From Octopus sinensis (Eukaryota): a DNA stretch of 64,000 nt. The notes under the pieces were generated by a model. It was not told the origin of the DNA. It made no database searches and was given only the letters and a program-made list of their open reading frames with translations. Every line of letters starts with the position of its first letter. The first letter of the stretch is position 1. Shown one piece after another: positions 63,704 through 64,000 of the stretch. The translations under genes and the position numbers were made by a program. The DNA is taken from NCBI RefSeq assembly GCF_006345805.1, contig NC_043012.1, positions 33,728,001 to 33,792,000 of the forward strand, given 5' to 3'.

Positions 63704-63829
63704 TACACACACACACACATATATATACATACATACTTACATATATATATATATATATATAATATATATATATATATATGGTAGTTGTCTACTCCCTATG
63801 CAGAGTCTGACCACCTCCTGTACCTATGC

Positions 63830-63912
<83 letters not shown>

Positions 63913-63915
<3 letters not shown>

Positions 63916-64000
63916 TCTCTTTTACTCTTTTACTTGTTTCAGGTCATTTGACTGCGGCCATGCTGGAGCACTGCCTTTAGTCGAGCAAATCGACCCCAGG
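63913..64000 (-). mobile_element. SINE family A tail, runs off window
   Basis: ttttactcttttacttgtttcag... Confidence 0.9.

Overview
Repeat-saturated, AT-rich eukaryotic DNA with no recognisable host gene, rRNA, true tRNA gene or CRISPR array. The tRNA-headed SINE families and microsatellite load suggest an octopod cephalopod (inference, not checked). Most ORFs in the track are translations of microsatellites. Real coding remnants are all transposon-derived: an R4/Dong-type RLE retrotransposon with a 365-aa open stretch plus a second broken copy, a Neptune-type Penelope-like element (PLE; RT + GIY-YIG), CR1/L2, RTE, maT-like and mariner fragments. The main discovery is at 19806-22708: a 454-bp monomer repeated about 4.3 times in one orientation and exactly 2 times in the opposite orientation, inserted in a TA run between 18-bp direct repeats. 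Every complete monomer carries an identical type I hammerhead ribozyme (HHR) fold with a palindromic stem III. The architecture fits a retrozyme-like circular RNA copied by rolling-circle, twin-primed reverse transcription. The same divergent, HHR-bearing inverted-arm geometry recurs at 34.3, 45.1 and 46.4 kb, and a decayed PLE that could represent the helper family lies at 49.3-51.7 kb. All RNA folds were read by eye and none was computed or tested.
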